64,000 bases of DNA from Candidatus Enterousia sp. Its GTDB lineage: Bacteria > Pseudomonadota > Alphaproteobacteria > Rs-D84. The notes beneath the pieces were generated by a model. The model was not told where the DNA came from and made no database searches. It worked only from the letters and a program-made list of their open reading frames with translations. The translations under genes were made by a program, and so were the position numbers. Shown one piece after another: positions 9,656 to 17,435 of the stretch (positions are counted from its first letter, which is position 1; every line of letters starts with the position of its first letter). Location of the stretch: positions 12,071 to 76,070 of the forward strand of contig JAZNVZ010000007.1 in assembly GCA_045593065.1 (NCBI GenBank). The letters are read 5' to 3'.

Positions 9656-10258
9656 ATGATTACGCAAATACACCAATTTGCAAATGATTGGAATCGTATT
9701 TTGGGGTACAACACGCCACGCCATCACCAAGATATGCTGGATTTTTTATACAATGTATGGCAATCACCGCCCCATCGCGGATTATTAATGGCTTTTCGGC
9801 ATTCAGGTAAATCTACCGTTGTTGGTATTTTTGCCGCATGTGTTTTATATTTACGGCCTGAAACACGAATACTGGTATTATCTGCACACACGACATTGGC
9901 TGCACGAATGGTTGCACATATAAAAAACATTTTGGAAAACCACCCAATGTGTTGCGATTTAATTCCTAAATCAAAAAAAGAATGGGCTGGCGATAAAATA
10001 ACAATCAACAGACCTATTGGTATTCGCGAACCGTCTGTGATATGTCAAGGAATCCACGGAAACATTACAGGAATGCGCGCAGATTTAATAATTTGTGATG
10101 ATGTCGAGGTTCCTAATACCGCAAACACACCACAAAAACGCGCCGCATTACGAGAAAGATTGCGCGAATTAGATTTTATCTTGTCGCCATCTGGCACAAT
10201 TATATATATCGGCACCCCACACGCCGTGGACACAATATACAGAACCCAAGAAGATTGA
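9656..10258 (+). CDS. Large terminase, N-terminal ATPase domain only
   Basis: Walker A AFRHSGKST, G.ITG.RAD, Walker B LIICDDVE, coupling motif YIGTPH; stops nine residues after GTPH. Confidence 0.88.
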   Translation: MITQIHQFANDWNRILGYNTPRHHQDMLDFLYNVWQSPPHRGLLMAFRHSGKSTVVGIFAACVLYLRPETRILVLSAHTTLAARMVAHIKNILENHPMCCDLIPKSKKEWAGDKITINRPIGIREPSVICQGIHGNITGMRADLIICDDVEVPNTANTPQKRAALRERLRELDFILSPSGTIIYIGTPHAVDTIYRTQED

Positions 10259-10260
10259 TT

Positions 10261-10917
10261 TTATTCTGCGTTATCAGGATGAGATTTTTGCTTGATGAGT
10301 GTACGCAATTTGGTTAACAACTGATTCCCAGCATCCGCGAACATCGGCAAAAATGTTTCATATTCTGGCATATCGGCTTGAATCTGTGCCAGGACGCGTT
10401 CGGTTAATGGTTTATTAATAATTTGACTGGCCGTGTCCCACACATGATATGCGCGCCATGTTTGCATAACAATACGCCATTTTGCCAACATATCTGGATA
10501 ATCAGTCAACATTGTTTTGATTCCAACCAACCATTCATCGCCAAATTTTTTTATAACATCCAATTTTTGCAGTTTTTGCAAACCTTGTTGATTGGGGGTG
10601 AATTCACGCAATGCGTTTCGTAATTGCGTCCATTGTTTGTCCGTCAATGGTGTTGTCATCGCAGATTCTGTCATTAATCCGCCATACGGCAACAAATTTC
10701 GGTCGATTGAATTCATCGGGGTTTTTCCACTGCGCAAATTCAAAATATGTTGAACCAAGAGTTTTCCTGTGGGCAATTCCGCCATTTTATCCAGGACATC
10801 ATCGGTTGCCTCGTTAACAAATATTGGGTTTAATGCCGCCCAACCGCCCAGAATTACGTGTTCTTGACGATACAGGTTTACCAATTTTTGTGCAACTAAA
10901 TTTGCTTTTGGTTTCAT
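10261..10917 (-). CDS. Hypothetical protein
   Basis: 218-aa ORF with SD GGAGAG, downstream of the XRE gene in the same orientation. Confidence 0.75.
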   Translation of the reverse strand: MKPKANLVAQKLVNLYRQEHVILGGWAALNPIFVNEATDDVLDKMAELPTGKLLVQHILNLRSGKTPMNSIDRNLLPYGGLMTESAMTTPLTDKQWTQLRNALREFTPNQQGLQKLQKLDVIKKFGDEWLVGIKTMLTDYPDMLAKWRIVMQTWRAYHVWDTASQIINKPLTERVLAQIQADMPEYETFLPMFADAGNQLLTKLRTLIKQKSHPDNAE

Positions 10918-10938
10918 ATTCTCTCTCCGTTAATAATA

Positions 10939-11946
10939 TTATTCGGTTAGAATTAAAACGACACGATGCATGGTTTTTGCATAAATTTTTTCCTGGGGGT
11001 TAAGAATCGCGCCATACAAATTACCCTTGGCATCAGCGCGCACAGTCGCAATTTGTGCACTGACAACATCGTCTGGGTTTAAAGATGAAAAATCAGCATC
11101 CAGACACAATGCCAAATCGCCCACCCCAGCAGGTTGAGACGCATCAACAAAAACATACGATTTTTCAGGAATAAAACCGCCCGTACGTTTTGAAACAGGC
11201 ATAACCGCATAAATTGATTTGCGCCCTTCAAGTGATGCAGGTGCCACAATCATAATTTTATCGTTTTTCTTGAATGCGATTGCACCACCATTTTGTGTAC
11301 CAAACACAGGCACCAATTTTCTGCGCGCACTGTCATACAATTTGGCACCGTATACACCATCGTGCATATCAATACCAGATACAGGACTGTCCGGAACCAA
11401 TACAGATTTCACGCGTTCTTTGACCTTGTTGATTTGTGTATTTAATTCGCCAGATTTATATAATGTCGCAATTTTGTCGAACATTTTTTCCGCCGTCATC
11501 GCAAAAGATTTGGCCAATGGCGCAACCTCGTTCTGGTAAATTTCACGTTGACCGATTTCTATTTTATGGTATACGGACAATGTCATTCCGGCATCCTTGG
11601 CCGCTTGGGCGATTGTTTTGCCCTGTAATTGGCGGATTTTGCGCAACCCAGAACCGAACACCTTTAACCCACCATGTTCGTTGTCATTCAGGCGGCGTTT
11701 AATTTCGCTTTGCCATTTGTCGGCAACCGCATCAGATTCCTTGATGAATATATCAGATAATTTGCAACCTAAAATATTGCAAATATTCAATAATTGTTTT
11801 TGGTTCAAACGGCGAACGCCCTTTTCGATTTTGGACACCGCAGATAAACTGAGTCCTGTTTTACGGGCCAATTCGGTCATTTTCATACCGTTGTTCAAAC
11901 GAATTGTTCTAATGTTATTAGGAAATATGATTTCTTCTTGCGCCAT
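10939..11946 (-). CDS. Tandem XRE/HTH transcriptional regulator with possible degenerate S24-like C-terminal domain
   Basis: Two HTH_3 units (IRTIR...ELARKTGLSLSAVSKIEKG; LRKIR...AAKDAGMTLSVYHKIEIG); LVPVFG...YAV C-terminal beta region; SD AAGGAG. Confidence 0.8.
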   Translation of the reverse strand: MAQEEIIFPNNIRTIRLNNGMKMTELARKTGLSLSAVSKIEKGVRRLNQKQLLNICNILGCKLSDIFIKESDAVADKWQSEIKRRLNDNEHGGLKVFGSGLRKIRQLQGKTIAQAAKDAGMTLSVYHKIEIGQREIYQNEVAPLAKSFAMTAEKMFDKIATLYKSGELNTQINKVKERVKSVLVPDSPVSGIDMHDGVYGAKLYDSARRKLVPVFGTQNGGAIAFKKNDKIMIVAPASLEGRKSIYAVMPVSKRTGGFIPEKSYVFVDASQPAGVGDLALCLDADFSSLNPDDVVSAQIATVRADAKGNLYGAILNPQEKIYAKTMHRVVLILTE

Positions 11947-12027
11947 TTATTCAACTCCTTGCAGGTACTTGACAAAAGTTTAGTCAATTTTTGAATAATT
12001 GGCAAGTAAAAATTTGTCAAAAAATAA

Positions 12028-13596
12028 TTATACAGGCATATCGTCAGGTATTGCAGATATATCAACACCAGTTTCTGGGGCCCCAACAGGATGTGATTCC
12101 ATGGGTTGTGCCACCCCACCAAATTCACCAGGCAACGGCGCATCTGCACGATTTGCCGCGTCATCCAGATTATCAAACAGGCAATAATCATTTAAAAACG
12201 CCAAATGGACAGTTTCTGGACGGCCATGACGATTTTTACCAATAATAACATCGGCCTTGCCACGCGCGCGTTCCAAACGTTTTTGCCATGTTTCAACACT
12301 GGTTTGTGAAACGGTATTAGACATACGTTGCGATGGGTTGCGATCGTTCAAATAATATTCTTCGCGATATGTGAACATGACAATATCGGCATCTTGTTCA
12401 ATAGACCCTGATTCACGCAAATCCGCCAACTGGGGGCGTTTGTCATCACGCATTTCAACACTGCGCGATAATTGAGACAACGCAATAACCGGCACATCCA
12501 ATTCTTTGGCCAACATTTTTAATCCGCGGGTAATTTCAGACAATTCTTGCACACGATTGTCATTGCGTTTCCCGCCAGGCGACATCATTAATTGCAAATA
12601 ATCGATAACAATCAATGCAATGCCACCATATTTCCGTGCCAACCGGCGTGCGCGCGTACGAATCATCGGTACAGACATGCCCGCAGTGTCGTCAATTACC
12701 AATGGTGCTTGAGAAATCGCCTTGGCGTATTGGGTCATTTTCAGGAAATCTTCGTCCGACAAACTTTTGCCTTCGCGCATATATGTCGCAGGTATTTTTG
12801 TTTGTGATGATAAAATACGCGTTGCCAGTTGCGACACAGACATTTCTAGTGAAAAAAATGCAACGACACCACGATAACGTTTGTTTGCCCGACCTGATAA
12901 AATAGCATTTGCTGCGTTAAATGCGATATTCATCGCCAATGTTGTTTTACCCATCGCAGGACGGCCAGCAATAATTATCAAATCAGAATGATGTAAACCG
13001 CTGAGTGATTTATCCAACGCCGTCAACCCAGTTGTCAACCCAGACAATGAACCATCTGCCTGGTATGCGATTTGCACTTCTTCCAGTGCACTCTGTAATG
13101 CGTTGGCAATGGGTGTTGGTTCGTGTTCCGCAACCCCGGTTGATGCCATATCAAACAATTTCTGTTCGGCGATTTCCAGTTGCCGTGCCACAGGTTTATC
13201 CAGGTTTTCGACATACGCATCATCAACAATCGATTGCCCCAATGCAATTAATTGTCGGCGCATGGCGTTTTCATAAACGATTCGCCCATATTGTTCAACA
13301 TTTACAACCGTTGCGCCAGCCGCAGATAATTCTGTCAAATAATCAATACCGCCAACCGAATCAAGGATGCCCTGCTGTTGCAGATAATCTTTGACAGTAA
13401 TGATGTCAAACGGCACGCCAGATGCAAACCGATGCAATGCCAGTTTATAAATTTCTTGATGGGCCGGATGCGAAAAATGTTCCGGTTTTAGAAAATCCGA
13501 TACCTGTTCCAAGGCGCGATTACTCATCAACGCGGCAGCCAGAACGGCTTGTTCGGCTTCTAGATTCATTGGTAAAGTTTTGGGAGTAAAGTCCAT
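12028..13596 (-). CDS. dnaB: Replicative DNA helicase
   Basis: P.N.EAEQ, AGRPAMGKT, FFSLEMS, IDYLQL, LSQLSR, DLRESGSIEQDAD, KNRHG; full length, alphaproteobacterial type. Confidence 0.97.
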   Translation of the reverse strand: MDFTPKTLPMNLEAEQAVLAAALMSNRALEQVSDFLKPEHFSHPAHQEIYKLALHRFASGVPFDIITVKDYLQQQGILDSVGGIDYLTELSAAGATVVNVEQYGRIVYENAMRRQLIALGQSIVDDAYVENLDKPVARQLEIAEQKLFDMASTGVAEHEPTPIANALQSALEEVQIAYQADGSLSGLTTGLTALDKSLSGLHHSDLIIIAGRPAMGKTTLAMNIAFNAANAILSGRANKRYRGVVAFFSLEMSVSQLATRILSSQTKIPATYMREGKSLSDEDFLKMTQYAKAISQAPLVIDDTAGMSVPMIRTRARRLARKYGGIALIVIDYLQLMMSPGGKRNDNRVQELSEITRGLKMLAKELDVPVIALSQLSRSVEMRDDKRPQLADLRESGSIEQDADIVMFTYREEYYLNDRNPSQRMSNTVSQTSVETWQKRLERARGKADVIIGKNRHGRPETVHLAFLNDYCLFDNLDDAANRADAPLPGEFGGVAQPMESHPVGAPETGVDISAIPDDMPV

Positions 13597-14443
13597 GTCA
13601 ATTATAGTAAATCAAAAAATTCATTTTTCAACGCCTTTTTTAACTGGATACGAAAAATTTGTTTTGCCAATCCAAAAACCAGACGGAACCGCCGTTTGGC
13701 CAGAAATGTTTCCACCAGATAAAATCGCAGATATGCGCGCATCAGTCGGCGAACACCACTTTATGGCGCAAATGATGTTGGAATTCACACCAATGGAGCG
13801 TGTGCGTTTAGACCCAGGAATGATTAAATTTTACAACGCAGAATTTAATCCACACACAGCAAAAATCAACGATTGGTCCGTTACAGGCGCATCTGTGTAT
13901 TGGGACCCATCGTTGGGACATAAAAATACAGATGCCAGTGTGTGCGCACTGGTTTTTCGTGATGATAAATTACACAACATATTTTTGCATGACATAATCT
14001 ATATGACTGTGCCACGCGAACACCCGCAACCATTAACATACCAATGTGATGTAGTGTTAGATTTTTTGAACAAATACAAATTGCACAGATTATCAGTCGA
14101 AACAAATGGATTAGGAAACGCATTGCCAGAAATACTGGGCGATAAAATCGCAAAACTGGGCGGTGGCATTGTTGTCCAGCGCATTACGAATAACACAAAA
14201 AAAGAATCGCGAATCATGGGCGCATTAGAACCACTGTTGGGCTCTGGCCGAATATTTGCACACGAACGCATAAAACAAACCCCATTCTTGGCAGAAATGA
14301 TTGGTTGGTCGCCTATTGGTGGCATCGGTCATGACGATGGATTGGATGCAGTCAGTGGCGCAATAAACACAATTCCTGTGCCAATTCGACCATTGGGTAC
14401 AACCGTTCGCCCAATTTCAGCAAACACAAATTTCATAATATAA
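13595..14443 (+). CDS. Large terminase, C-terminal RNase H-like nuclease domain
   Basis: WPE.F, F.AQMML, YWDPSLG, D.SV, VETNG.G, K..RI, HDDGLDAV; own SD GGGAG at 13582-13586. Confidence 0.85.
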   Translation: MSIIVNQKIHFSTPFLTGYEKFVLPIQKPDGTAVWPEMFPPDKIADMRASVGEHHFMAQMMLEFTPMERVRLDPGMIKFYNAEFNPHTAKINDWSVTGASVYWDPSLGHKNTDASVCALVFRDDKLHNIFLHDIIYMTVPREHPQPLTYQCDVVLDFLNKYKLHRLSVETNGLGNALPEILGDKIAKLGGGIVVQRITNNTKKESRIMGALEPLLGSGRIFAHERIKQTPFLAEMIGWSPIGGIGHDDGLDAVSGAINTIPVPIRPLGTTVRPISANTNFII

Positions 14444-14459
14444 CCAAAGGAGATAATTT

Positions 14460-15683
14460 ATGAACATCAAAAAAATACAACAAATGTATAACAACGCATT
14501 AAAAATACGCGAACCATGGATGCAAAAATGGGACGATGCACGCAGATATACTATCCCCACAACAAACACAGAATCTGCTACTTTGTTTGATGGTACGGCG
14601 GCTGATGCAGTTGATAATTTAGCTGCATCAATTTATACATTATTAACACCACCTGAATCATTATGGATAAACCTGGTGCGCGAAAGCGACATGTCCCCAA
14701 ATCCAGATATCGCAACCGCGGTACTGCGTGCAAATTTGAATGATTCTAATTTTTATACCACCGTGCATCAAGCGTATCTGGATTTGTGTATATACGGCAC
14801 TGCGTGTTTGTTCATGGCTGAAAACCCGATTGGTGCAGATTCTGCGTTTTCATTTACTGCAATTCCGTTAACAGATATTGCAATATTGAATAACGCAATA
14901 TTCCACACAACAACCATGACCGCAACCGAAGTCGTTGGCGCATATCCAACATGGACACCAACCCCAGATGTGCGCAAAAAAATGCAGGCAGACCCGAATA
15001 CACCACTGCGTTTGGTTCAAGCATTGATTGGTTTAGATTTTGTCGCATGGTTGGATGTGGGGGGCGATATCGAAAACAATATTGTTGCAACCGGTACATT
15101 TGAAACAAACCCGTATTTAATATTCCGTTGGTCATTAATCAGCGGCGAATTATATGGACGCAGTCCGGTGTTGCGCGCCCTGCCCGATATAAAAACCGCA
15201 AACAAAGTCGTGGAATTGGTTTTGAAAAACGCAACTATCGCGGTCAGTGGTATTTGGCAAGCAGATGATGATGGCGTAATAAATCTGCAAAATATAAATT
15301 TAACCCCAGGCGCAATTATCCCAAAGGCCGTGGGCAGTTCTGGGTTAACACCCTTGTCCAGTGGCGCAAATTTTGATGTATCGCAACTGATACTGAATGA
15401 TTTGCGCGACAGAATTCGCCATACATTGTTGGCAGACAGATTGACCATGATTGCAGAACGCGATATGACCGCGACCGAGGTTTTGGCACGCAATGCCGAT
15501 ATGATGCGCGTATTGGGCGCAACATACGGACGATTGTTGCATGAATTTATACGGCCACTGTGCGAACGCGGTTTACAAATCTTGTCGCGCCGCGGTGTCA
15601 TAGAACCCATATCACTGCACAGCGATGCAGAATTAAAATATCTGGCACCAATCGCCACAGCAACCAAAGAAACTGTTTTATAA
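14460..15683 (+). CDS. Portal / head-tail connector (T7 gp8/BPP-1 Bbp21-like)
   Basis: LFD.TA..A...LAA.....LTPP...W, P....RW....GE.YGRSP...ALPDIK, MTATEV..R; SD AAGGAG; 407 aa. Confidence 0.9.
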   Translation: MNIKKIQQMYNNALKIREPWMQKWDDARRYTIPTTNTESATLFDGTAADAVDNLAASIYTLLTPPESLWINLVRESDMSPNPDIATAVLRANLNDSNFYTTVHQAYLDLCIYGTACLFMAENPIGADSAFSFTAIPLTDIAILNNAIFHTTTMTATEVVGAYPTWTPTPDVRKKMQADPNTPLRLVQALIGLDFVAWLDVGGDIENNIVATGTFETNPYLIFRWSLISGELYGRSPVLRALPDIKTANKVVELVLKNATIAVSGIWQADDDGVINLQNINLTPGAIIPKAVGSSGLTPLSSGANFDVSQLILNDLRDRIRHTLLADRLTMIAERDMTATEVLARNADMMRVLGATYGRLLHEFIRPLCERGLQILSRRGVIEPISLHSDAELKYLAPIATATKETVL

Positions 15684-15697
15684 AAAAGGATACCAAC

Positions 15698-15895
15698 ATG
15701 CAAGAAATCGAAAAACAATATGCACGCGCATTTCAAACACCCGCAGGACGCGCCGTATTGCAACATTTACGACATATAACGATTGAACGAGTATTGGGGC
15801 CAAATGCAACAGATAACGAATTAAGATGGGCTGAATCTGGGCGCGCCATGGTTCGTCAAATTGAATCAATGATTGCGCGCGGAACAAAAGGGTAA
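15698..15895 (+). CDS. Bbp19-like small phage protein
   Basis: Y.R.F.TP.G..VL.HL...EG.R..V..I-like pattern directly after the portal; SD AAAGGA. Confidence 0.7.
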   Translation: MQEIEKQYARAFQTPAGRAVLQHLRHITIERVLGPNATDNELRWAESGRAMVRQIESMIARGTKG

Positions 15896-15900
15896 TAAAA

Positions 15901-16158
15901 ATGCCAAAGAAACAAAACATAACAAATATAATAGATACATTACGCACAGGGTGGGTATTATTGGCGGCGGTGTTCGGTATAGTATATTGGATTGCCCGCC
16001 AAGATTCATCTCTCACTGAATTAGAACGCGCAGAAACACGCATTACCGCATTAGAAAACCGGACAACAATACTGGAAAGCGGTATTGGACAATTACAAAT
16101 GAAAATTGACGGAATCAAAGAAGATGTAACATTGATAAAATCCGCGGTGATTAAATAA
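15901..16158 (+). CDS. Membrane-anchored coiled-coil protein (XhlA/holin-like)
   Basis: One transmembrane segment followed by a heptad region RITALE....LE. Confidence 0.5.
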   Translation: MPKKQNITNIIDTLRTGWVLLAAVFGIVYWIARQDSSLTELERAETRITALENRTTILESGIGQLQMKIDGIKEDVTLIKSAVIK

Positions 16159-16174
16159 TCATTCAACGATAATT

Positions 16175-16345
16175 CCGCCACAGTTCGTATAGCCGTCATA
16201 CCGCCGTAGTTCGTATATCGTCATACCGCGGACGCGCGGTATCCAGTCCGCCATAGGCGGACTTGTGTAATAAGTGAGCAAGTTTGCTTCGCAAACTGGA
16301 TTCCGGCATGCGCCGGAATGACGATTATGTGGGCGGGGTGACGAT
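16175..16345. repeat. Distal copy of CGTC-tagged palindromic repeat module
   Basis: Near-identical to 25227-25387 (CGTCATACCGCGG.CGCGCGGTATCCAG ... CTGGATTCCGGCATGCGCCGGAATGACG). Confidence 0.9.
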
Positions 16346-16394
16346 TTTGCGCCAACTGTCCCCTCTTTGGCGGATACAGCAAGAATAATATATC

Positions 16395-16421
16395 AAAAAA
16401 ACGGGCGTTTGCCCGTTTTTT
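16395..16421. terminator. Bidirectional intrinsic terminator
   Basis: AAAAAAACGGGC-GTTT-GCCCGTTTTTT. Confidence 0.8.
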
Positions 16422-16435
16422 ATTTTGATTGAATT

Positions 16436-16765
16436 CTATTTTGATTGAATTTCTTTTACTGTTACCTTGAATACAACATCGTGCCCAGCCAGTTGTGGAA
16501 CATAATTGTCTGGGAAACGGATGTTAACATCGCGTTGTTCGCCAACGGTTGCGCCAATTAATTGTTCTTCAAATCCTGGGACAAATTGACCACTGCCCAA
16601 TGTTAATGGAAAGTTTTCTGCGGTGCCACCTTCGAATTGAACACCATTATCAAATCCCGCAAAGTCAATAATTACTGTGTCGCCATTTTTAGCACCCGCG
16701 TTCGAATCGCATGCGGTTAAACCAAATGCCGCACAAACACCCAATACAGACATAATTTTTTTCAT
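16436..16765 (-). CDS. Lipoprotein FKBP-type PPIase (trigger-factor-like domain)
   Basis: Lipobox LTAC, then GD.V.IDF.G...G..FEGG.AE...L.LGSG.F.PGFEEQL.G...FP..Y...LAG. Confidence 0.85.
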   Translation of the reverse strand: MKKIMSVLGVCAAFGLTACDSNAGAKNGDTVIIDFAGFDNGVQFEGGTAENFPLTLGSGQFVPGFEEQLIGATVGEQRDVNIRFPDNYVPQLAGHDVVFKVTVKEIQSK

Positions 16766-16799
16766 ATTCTTTCCTTTTTTTTATATGGTTAAAAACTGA

Positions 16800-17351
16800 T
16801 TATTTTTTTGTGTACACGCAACGGAACCCGTATTCGCGCATCGTTGGACCATCAGATTCTATGCGATAATCAAAGAATGGCGTTGGACGCATAACCTCGA
16901 ACGAAGGTTCATCGTACACAACGACAATACTTTCCACATTACGACCGCAAACGCGTTTCATTTCGTAATCTGCAACATGTGCCAAAATCGTACGGGAATC
17001 GCCGTCAACATCCATGCCGTCCGCACTTTGAATCAGGCGCAGGCGCATACGGCGCAATTCGCTGTCCCCCAATAATATTTGAACACGAACCATTGCACCA
17101 TGATATTCTTGCCAACGCGTTTCCATGCGGGACGAATTCCACATTTTATTAGACGCATCTTTTTCGGCATCTGTGCGCGTGCGCATCGAATCGATTCCAG
17201 CGTATTCATTGGTCGCATCCATCATACTGGATGTTTGTTCGTTATACTGGGGCATGTTTTCGCCCGTATTGCCCGATTTCCCAGTATTATCTGTTGTACA
17301 TCCCGCAACCAGCGGCGCCAATAAAACAGCAAATAGCAATGATTTTTTCAT
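16800..17351 (-). CDS. Hypothetical lipoprotein
   Basis: Signal peptide with VAGC lipobox. Confidence 0.7.
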   Translation of the reverse strand: MKKSLLFAVLLAPLVAGCTTDNTGKSGNTGENMPQYNEQTSSMMDATNEYAGIDSMRTRTDAEKDASNKMWNSSRMETRWQEYHGAMVRVQILLGDSELRRMRLRLIQSADGMDVDGDSRTILAHVADYEMKRVCGRNVESIVVVYDEPSFEVMRPTPFFDYRIESDGPTMREYGFRCVYTKK

Positions 17352-17435
17352 TTCTTTTTCTCTTTTCTCTTTTTTTTATTTTAACAAATAAACTATTTTG
17401 ATTCAAGAGCCGATTTGTGATAAAATAAAAATATA

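Noticed and set aside
12028-13596. Phage-encoded or intein-containing DnaB
   Set aside because: Normal length, typical alphaproteobacterial motifs and no intein signatures.
10240-13640. Excisable intervening element (skin-like) that rejoins terL
   Set aside because: I found no direct repeat at the two junctions and no recombinase nearby, and the downstream half has its own SD. Not formally excluded.
3986-16158. Intact inducible prophage
   Set aside because: No integrase, att repeats, replication or early genes are visible, and essential dnaB lies inside the module.
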